From a virus, in the IMG/VR virus record IMGVR_UViG_3300025000_000064, positions 1-64,000 of that record: a DNA stretch of 64,000 nt. One strand, 5' to 3'. The translations under genes were made by a program, and so were the position numbers. A model generated the notes under the pieces. It was not told the origin of the DNA and made no database searches. It saw only the letters and a program-made list of their open reading frames with translations. Shown here piece by piece: positions 57,863-64,000 of the stretch (positions are counted from its first letter, which is position 1; the number at the start of each line of letters is the position of its first letter).

Positions 57863-58546
57863 CTATTCAAGTATTTCTACGTCTAATTGTTTTACAGGGC
57901 ACACTTCTCCATCTCCTAATGCCTCATAAAGAGTTTTGTTAATAAACTTCTTGCCAGTCACTTGCTCCAAACTCCATCTTAAGAACTCTTCTTGTGTGTC
58001 GAATTGATAAATATTTTCATCTAAAAATATTTCTATAAACTTCTTTATGTCTTTCATACATCCTTGTCCACTACGAATGTTACCCCTATTATGTGAAAGT
58101 TCTTTAAAAATATAAGAGAGGTTTTGTTCTTTGGTTAAAATATTTATTTCGCCATCGATATATGATGCATATATCTTATACTTGTCAATATCGTTAATAC
58201 TAACTTCGTCAGGATGCCAAACTAATTCTTCTTCAGTTTTTATTTCTTCAACTTTAGGAAACTCTCTACAACCCATTATGAATCTTGCTAAGTCTTGTTG
58301 GTTGTCTAGGATGTAGATAGGTGTTGCCACACAAGTTAACACATTTAAAAAGCCTTCAAATTCACTTACTAATTTACTTGAATTTAGCTCTCTTATTTCA
58401 AAACTATGATTAAAGTTTCTAGTTATTTGTCTTAATGTTTCAGGTTTACCAAGTGTTTCATAGACATAAATCTTAGAGCTATCAAACTCAGGAAACTTCT
58501 TAACTGTCTGTGTTTTTGGTTTATTTACTACTATTTTAATTGCCAT
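57863..58546 (-). CDS. Hypothetical protein with two similar domains
   Basis: KIY...IY.(L/F)D.Q.(D/E)...(F/W) twice. Confidence 0.65.
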   Translation of the reverse strand: MAIKIVVNKPKTQTVKKFPEFDSSKIYVYETLGKPETLRQITRNFNHSFEIRELNSSKLVSEFEGFLNVLTCVATPIYILDNQQDLARFIMGCREFPKVEEIKTEEELVWHPDEVSINDIDKYKIYASYIDGEINILTKEQNLSYIFKELSHNRGNIRSGQGCMKDIKKFIEIFLDENIYQFDTQEEFLRWSLEQVTGKKFINKTLYEALGDGEVCPVKQLDVEILE

Positions 58547-58690
58547 TATTTATCATCTCCATCTTTAACATCTAAAAACATTGATTCCCATGAACCCTTA
58601 CCAACTTCTCCAAAGTTGTCCCCATAAATAATACTGCTTTCTTCTTTTTCTAATTCTTTATAAATATCATAAGCTGTTCTTGCTGACATA

Positions 58691-59080
58691 TTAATATTCC
58701 TTTATGTTTAAGTTATATCTTCCATTTAACATTTTGCTGACTAAGTGTCTATGGCAGAAATCATTTTTATTCTCATAACATAATAGAAATATATTTTCTT
58801 CATTTATTGATTCAAAAAATTTACTTATTCCACCAGAAGCTTCTATTTTATATAATTTATAAAACAATGATTCATTGAATGATTTGACATACTCTTCTTC
58901 GTCAATTAATCTATTTTTATATAAAGATAAAAGTTCTTTACTTGGCATAAATTCATATATTGCTTCATCGATATATTCTCTAAATTTAGCATAATATCTT
59001 GCAATTGTGCAAAAATAAGGATTATTAATTTCTTTTTTTATTCTCTTTATGTTTCCAAAATATGATGTATAAATATTCAT
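58691..59080 (-). CDS. DUF488-family protein
   Basis: IYTSYF, P..ELL, LLCYE...FCHRHLV. Confidence 0.8.
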   Translation of the reverse strand: MNIYTSYFGNIKRIKKEINNPYFCTIARYYAKFREYIDEAIYEFMPSKELLSLYKNRLIDEEEYVKSFNESLFYKLYKIEASGGISKFFESINEENIFLLCYENKNDFCHRHLVSKMLNGRYNLNIKEY

Positions 59081-59109
59081 TTCATGCGTATTCCTTTATT
59101 ACTTCATAT

Positions 59110-59138
59110 ATTATGAATTATTTTATTATTTTTGTCAA
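59110..59138 (-). promoter_or_regulatory. Sigma70-like promoter
   Basis: TTGACA-17-CATAAT. Confidence 0.5.
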
Positions 59139-59935
59139 GCAATTATATCATTTACATTAATTATATTATATTTTTGTGATATGTTATATGTTAAAAGCTT
59201 TTCATTCAATATAGATAAGCATTTCATCTTAAAGAATTCATATGTTTCTTTTGTTACTTTAAATTTAGAATGCCATTTATTTTCAATCCAATTACCAATA
59301 TTTCTTTGCAAATCAATACTTATTTTATTCATAAAGGGGTTATTTATATTATCTGAAATATAATTGCTCGTATCTTCTTTTTTTATAGAAACAAATGATA
59401 TTTCATTAACAATGCTCTTTGGCATATAAAAAATATTTGTTCTCATCCATGAATGAATATCTTTATAGTCGTTATTATATTCTATCGTAAATAATTTGCA
59501 ATTATTTTCTTTTCTATTATATAAATTGTCTACTTTCCCAACAACTACATTGTCTTCAATGCATTTATCAATACATGTTTTATCAAATAATTTCTTGTTA
59601 AGAAAATAATCATTTGTAATAAAACTATCATTAATAAGCAGAACTGAATCATATGAATATTCATATCTTATTATATAGTTTCTAGCCTTTTGCCATCCGC
59701 TAAATTCCCATTCATGATTATTACCTTTTATTTTTATTGTCTTAAATTTAGAAAAAATTTCATCAGCACAAATCCAATCATCTGGATAATAACATTCTTC
59801 ACATTTATTATCTATTTTTACAATTTCAATATTATAAAAGGGTTTTAATTTATTTAGATATATTTGTAATATATCCCATGAATAAGGATATTTATTATTA
59901 TCATATTCAACATATAAAACACATATATTTTTCAT
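59135..59935 (-). CDS. Putative GT-A-like sugar transferase, paralog 3
   Basis: YVEY..KYP, IDN, GNN..WEFSGW, INDSF, RTN.F. Confidence 0.55.
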   Translation of the reverse strand: MKNICVLYVEYDNNKYPYSWDILQIYLNKLKPFYNIEIVKIDNKCEECYYPDDWICADEIFSKFKTIKIKGNNHEWEFSGWQKARNYIIRYEYSYDSVLLINDSFITNDYFLNKKLFDKTCIDKCIEDNVVVGKVDNLYNRKENNCKLFTIEYNNDYKDIHSWMRTNIFYMPKSIVNEISFVSIKKEDTSNYISDNINNPFMNKISIDLQRNIGNWIENKWHSKFKVTKETYEFFKMKCLSILNEKLLTYNISQKYNIINVNDIIA

Positions 59936-59936
59936 A

Positions 59937-60662
59937 TTATCCTATGTCCTCTGTTATTCTTGTATATAAAGATAATTCATTTAGCAACATCAAACTTTTC
60001 ATCCTGAAGAAATCCCACTCTTTTTCTATATTTATAGGGCTATGCCAATGCAATTGTAAGTTTCTTACAATATTGTTTTTTGCAACTGAATTAATAGGAG
60101 CGCCTAATAATATGTATGGATAACTTGCATTTGAAGAGATGCATTTATCTATGAAATCAATATTGAGAGTTACCAGTGTTTTTATTTTATTTATAATATT
60201 TTTGGACAACATGAAACAATGCGTTCTCATGTATTTTTTTATATTATACTTATCAATTATTAGTTCATATGGTTCTGCATCTAATATATTACCAATAATT
60301 TTATCATTTTTTCTGCATTCATAAACACAGTTGTCGTTAATAATAACCGAAGGGCTATCATTTCCACCTGGGGCTAAAAATGAATCATTAACAAATAATA
60401 TAGAACTATAATCATCGTTAATGGATTTTAAATATTCGATAACCTTTGTGTGACCAGAAAACTCCCAACAAGTATTATCTCCATCAATATATGTTATATT
60501 ATCTTTAATTATTGGATTGAATAAATTGCTAGACCTTTTATTGTCCACAACAATTATTTCAACATAATGATTTTTAATTTTTTTAAGATATTTTATAAGA
60601 TATAATAATGAGCTTGGATATTTTTCAGTATTATATTGTACAAAAGAAACAATTAATTTCAT
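59937..60662 (-). CDS. Putative GT-A-like sugar transferase, paralog 2
   Basis: FVQY..KYP, VDN, GDN..WEFSG, VNDSF, RTHCF. Confidence 0.55.
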   Translation of the reverse strand: MKLIVSFVQYNTEKYPSSLLYLIKYLKKIKNHYVEIIVVDNKRSSNLFNPIIKDNITYIDGDNTCWEFSGHTKVIEYLKSINDDYSSILFVNDSFLAPGGNDSPSVIINDNCVYECRKNDKIIGNILDAEPYELIIDKYNIKKYMRTHCFMLSKNIINKIKTLVTLNIDFIDKCISSNASYPYILLGAPINSVAKNNIVRNLQLHWHSPINIEKEWDFFRMKSLMLLNELSLYTRITEDIG

Positions 60663-60672
60663 ATAATTTCCT

Positions 60673-61713
60673 TTAGTTATATAAAGATTCTATAGTTTTT
60701 ATTTTTAGTAATTCTATTTGGCTCTTTATTGTATTGGGTTCAAATAGTGTATAAATAGCAAAATCATATTCTATATTTTTCTCAATAAATTCTTCTGGCG
60801 TATAAATATTAATATCGTTTAATTTGCCTTTTGCTTTATTGTCCAGAAAAGCCACTATGTTTTTAGATAATAAATTACTTTCAATAAACATTTTTTTGAC
60901 GCATGTTGATGCTCCAATGCATACTATTTTTTTATTATCTGGAATGCTGTTTATAATATCTTTTAATTCATATTCTGCTCTATTATATCCCAATATTCTC
61001 ATTATTCTGGTATATAGGGTTAATTCATTTAATAGCATTAAACTTTTCATTCTAAATAATTCCCAATTTTTTGATATGTCAAAAGAACTGTGCCAATTAG
61101 TTGTTAAATTATTAACAAGATTTCTTTTGACATTAATGCAAATTGGAGCGTCTTTCAAAAAATACATGTTATCTTTTTTATATAAATCAATGCATTTATC
61201 TACAAAATCAGCATCCACCGTAACTAATGAGCCTATTTTATCAACTACTAATTTAGATAACATAAAGCAATGAGTTCTCGTATATTTATTTACTAAATAT
61301 TTACCTATTTTAAAATTTATTGCGGTATTGCAAAAATTACCAATAATACTATTATTTTCTACACAATTAAATACATTATTATCATTTATTATTGTAAGTG
61401 GTGAATCATAACCGCTTGGGGCTAAAAATGAATCATTTGCGAATAAGATAGCATCATAATCAATATTTTTTTCTTTAAGATATTGTAAGCCTTTATCCCA
61501 ACCGCTAAATTCCCAAACTGAATTATCTCCCGATATTGTAGTAACACCATTAAGATAACCACTCTCAGAACCTTCTTCATCTTTATTGTCTATGACAATT
61601 ATTTTCACACTATTTTCTTTTATCTTGTTCAAATATTTCTGTAAATAAAATAAAGAATTTGGGTATTTTTTAGTATCATACTGCACAAAAAGAACAACTA
61701 ATTTATAATACAT
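60673..61713 (-). CDS. Putative GT-A-like sugar transferase, paralog 1, with C-terminal Rossmann-like domain
   Basis: Same motifs plus KIVCIGAS...IVAFLDN...IYTPEE tail. Confidence 0.55.
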   Translation of the reverse strand: MYYKLVVLFVQYDTKKYPNSLFYLQKYLNKIKENSVKIIVIDNKDEEGSESGYLNGVTTISGDNSVWEFSGWDKGLQYLKEKNIDYDAILFANDSFLAPSGYDSPLTIINDNNVFNCVENNSIIGNFCNTAINFKIGKYLVNKYTRTHCFMLSKLVVDKIGSLVTVDADFVDKCIDLYKKDNMYFLKDAPICINVKRNLVNNLTTNWHSSFDISKNWELFRMKSLMLLNELTLYTRIMRILGYNRAEYELKDIINSIPDNKKIVCIGASTCVKKMFIESNLLSKNIVAFLDNKAKGKLNDINIYTPEEFIEKNIEYDFAIYTLFEPNTIKSQIELLKIKTIESLYN

Positions 61714-61715
61714 GC

Positions 61716-62648
61716 TTATTTATTTCCTTCTTTGTTTAATAATTCATTCCAAAATTTTAATATATCATTCTCTTCTATTTCTTTTGTATAATTTTGTTTT
61801 ATGAAATTGATATCCTCTTCTTCAATATAAAGTTCACACTTTATTACATGCTCTATTCTTTTAACGAAGTCTATTATATCTCCATGTTCAACAATATGAC
61901 ATAAATCAAAATATTCTCTGCAACCCATACCTGTATATCCAATAACTGTACATCCGCAAGCCATAGCTTCAAGTGGAGGAGCTGCACATCCTTCATTTTT
62001 GCTGAATGACAAGAATATCTCAGATTCTTGATATGTTTTTATTAACTCCTCTTCTGTCATATTTTCTATGGCAATAAATTTATAATCTTTTAATCTCCCC
62101 CTAAGTTTTAAAATAGATATTACTTGGTCAACATCCTGTTTGTTTTTTCTTGGCATATAACAGCATTGCTTTTTCTTTTCTACTATTGGAAAAAACTTGT
62201 TAAAATCAATTGAGATATGCACTCTATGGATTTTTCTATCTAAAAACATTTCTAAATATTGTTTACTATCTTCCGAAACGACCATTATGCCAATAACGTC
62301 AGGATTGTTATAGTTAAAAATAGTATTTTCGTTTATTGTTCCATATGGGGCAAATGTATTATAACAACTCTGATTGAAAATAACTTTTTTACATTTTGGT
62401 ACAGTGTTAAATGCATGATGATTATATATTTCAGGAAAAACTACAATATCATCTTCTTTAATTACAGTTTTGTCATAGGTTATCTTCGTATTGTTTGGGA
62501 ACCAGTTGCATCTAAATGCTTCTGTATCATCAAAATGTAAAACATATGCTTCTATGCCATTTTTATTAAGAATATCCACATGGTCATACAACTTTTTTAT
62601 TCCTCCACATGGAACACTATTTTCAGGACATCTAAAGTAAACTACCAT
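61716..62648 (-). CDS. GT-B glycosyltransferase (GT4-like)
   Basis: GGIK.LY, NEG...PPLEAMACGC.VIG. Confidence 0.85.
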   Translation of the reverse strand: MVVYFRCPENSVPCGGIKKLYDHVDILNKNGIEAYVLHFDDTEAFRCNWFPNNTKITYDKTVIKEDDIVVFPEIYNHHAFNTVPKCKKVIFNQSCYNTFAPYGTINENTIFNYNNPDVIGIMVVSEDSKQYLEMFLDRKIHRVHISIDFNKFFPIVEKKKQCCYMPRKNKQDVDQVISILKLRGRLKDYKFIAIENMTEEELIKTYQESEIFLSFSKNEGCAAPPLEAMACGCTVIGYTGMGCREYFDLCHIVEHGDIIDFVKRIEHVIKCELYIEEEDINFIKQNYTKEIEENDILKFWNELLNKEGNK

Positions 62649-63224
62649 CTATTTATCACCTATCACTATTATATAAAATATATTACCTTGAATCCATTCT
62701 TCTATTATGCACTTGTTTGGGAAATTTTGCAACGCTTCTTCATAATATTGTTTAATTTCTTCTTTATTCAATGCAAACTTATGGAAGAGCGAAGGTTTAT
62801 TTATAGGGACAGATATAATTGCCAAATCACTTTTCTCAATAATTTTATTTAATATTTTTTTTGATAAATCAATATCAATATGTTCTAAAAACTCAAAAGA
62901 AACAATTGCATCATAATGTTCTGTTAAAAAATCAGGATTGGAACAATCATTTGTAAAATAATTTATATTATCTCTTTTATAATATTTATTAGCAAAACAA
63001 ATTGCTTCTTCTGAAATATCATATGAATTAATAAAGTAATTAAGTTCAGACAATATAAATGACCCATAACCAATACCGCATCCAATGTCAGCTATTTTTA
63101 AATTATTCTTTGGCAATAATTCTTTTATTTTATTTCTAGCAAAAGAATATCTTTCTAAATGTTTTTGTTCAACACCATCCAGTGTTTTACTTACTTGTCT
63201 TTCGCCTGTAAATTCTAAATCCAT
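62649..63224 (-). CDS. Class I SAM methyltransferase
   Basis: H.ERY.FA, DIGCGIGYG, SFE.LEH; TAATG-coupled start at 63224. Confidence 0.85.
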   Translation of the reverse strand: MDLEFTGERQVSKTLDGVEQKHLERYSFARNKIKELLPKNNLKIADIGCGIGYGSFILSELNYFINSYDISEEAICFANKYYKRDNINYFTNDCSNPDFLTEHYDAIVSFEFLEHIDIDLSKKILNKIIEKSDLAIISVPINKPSLFHKFALNKEEIKQYYEEALQNFPNKCIIEEWIQGNIFYIIVIGDK

Positions 63225-63901
63225 TATATAGCCCTCTTTTGAATAATACATATTCCGCTAGGGTCTTTATAGCTTGTTCTATTTTGTTCTAATGTATTTT
63301 TATTGCTTACATAATCGTTTATATTTATCATGCTTACTTCAGTATTTTTCTCTTTAAATTCTTCCAATGCTCTTTTTACACCACCTTGACCAGAAGCGTC
63401 ACATCTCTTTGCTAGCTCAGAAGAATCATGTAGTATAATAAATCCACCATGCTGTAACATATCATAATAGATGTTTAATTCCTTTATTGTTTGTTCATAC
63501 TCATGAGAGCTATCTATTACTATAAGATTAGGTCTGTTATTTTTACAAATATCTACAAATGATTCATCGGTAGAACTATATGTATATGTTTTTACATAAT
63601 CTATTAGACCAAACTTCTTTACAAAGTTATCCGTTATTTCTGTATGAAATGGATTTATGTCTACTGATATGAATGAATTTTTTGTTTCACTTTGTCTTAA
63701 AATCATTGCTATTATGATTGACGAATATCCTAAAAAGTGTCCTAATTGAACAATATTAGTTATATTGTTTGCCGATATTAGAGAAGCAATAAAGGATATA
63801 AATGGATAGCCACACTCCCCCATCCAGCTTTTTTCTTTCATTACTTTGAAAAATTCATCTATATTTTTCTTTTCTTCTATTGATAAATAATTATATTTCA
63901 T
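63224..63901 (-). CDS. Class I SAM methyltransferase (Methyltransf_24-like)
   Basis: S.D, IDSSH.YE, GG.I.LHD, GGV..A..EF; GGAGG SD before ATG at 63901. Confidence 0.8.
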   Translation of the reverse strand: MKYNYLSIEEKKNIDEFFKVMKEKSWMGECGYPFISFIASLISANNITNIVQLGHFLGYSSIIIAMILRQSETKNSFISVDINPFHTEITDNFVKKFGLIDYVKTYTYSSTDESFVDICKNNRPNLIVIDSSHEYEQTIKELNIYYDMLQHGGFIILHDSSELAKRCDASGQGGVKRALEEFKEKNTEVSMININDYVSNKNTLEQNRTSYKDPSGICIIQKRAI

Positions 63902-64000
63902 TTCTTCCCTCCGCTTTATCATTTTTAAAAGAAGATATTATGTCTTCTTTAATCCTTCTTCCTGCATTTCCATCAAAAAATGGAATATATTTCTTTATTG
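63891..64000 (-). CDS. C-terminus of an upstream gene, possibly a GT-B/phosphotransferase fold
   Basis: Open frame from window edge: IKKYIPFFDGNAGRRIKEDII, like the DG.A..RI terminal helix of TagF/epimerase-type enzymes. Confidence 0.35.
   Translation of the reverse strand, partial: IKKYIPFFDGNAGRRIKEDIISSFKNDKAEGRNEI

Noticed and set aside
59135-61713. Diversity-generating retroelement template/variable pair
   Set aside because: Differences are not adenine-specific, no reverse transcriptase in the window; ordinary paralogy explains it
41861-62852. Opposite-strand ORFs over accessory genes (e.g. 41861, 44280, 45371, 47565, 52932, 60824, 62259)
   Set aside because: Antisense to better-supported coupled genes; no recognisable features
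1-64000. Stop-codon reassignment suggested by many short ORFs
   Set aside because: Long genes are intact in code 11, TAG stops often overlap the next SD (TAGGT/TAGGA), and the short ORFs abut by start-stop overlaps

Overview
The window is part of a large, very AT-rich (about one quarter GC by eye, not computed) tailed dsDNA phage with a contractile tail, read in the standard genetic code. No integrase, tRNA, rRNA, CRISPR array or host housekeeping genes were seen. (1) 1-20.5 kb, minus strand: a complete virion operon (TerL, portal, ClpP-type protease, scaffold, cement, major capsid, neck, sheath, tube, frameshifted chaperone, tape measure, baseplate with a hub-M23 fusion, tail fibre running off the left edge). 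(2) 20.7-25.8 kb: HNH, an HU-domain protein and a short plus-strand operon. (3) 25.8-28.2 kb: a non-coding convergence zone with a G-depleted repeat array, perfect palindromes of 18, 22 and 38 bp and two facing copies of a 24-29 bp CATG hairpin box that recurs at 31.2 and 36.1 kb. (4) 28-48.8 kb, minus strand: small early-type genes behind repeated AGGTTGAC sigma70-like promoters. One 6.5 kb operon holds 17 tiny coupled ORFs that all begin Met-Ile-Ile (plus one Met-Ile-Leu); many share a YPE(F/Y) motif but are otherwise unrelated. Most are below the ORF-track cutoff, and this is the strongest candidate for an undescribed system. (5) 49-64 kb: possible TerS, KTSC, T5 A1-like nuclease, HAD phosphatase, MT-A70 methylase and a glycosyltransferase/methyltransferase cluster continuing past the right edge. 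Family names come from remembered motifs, not database searches.
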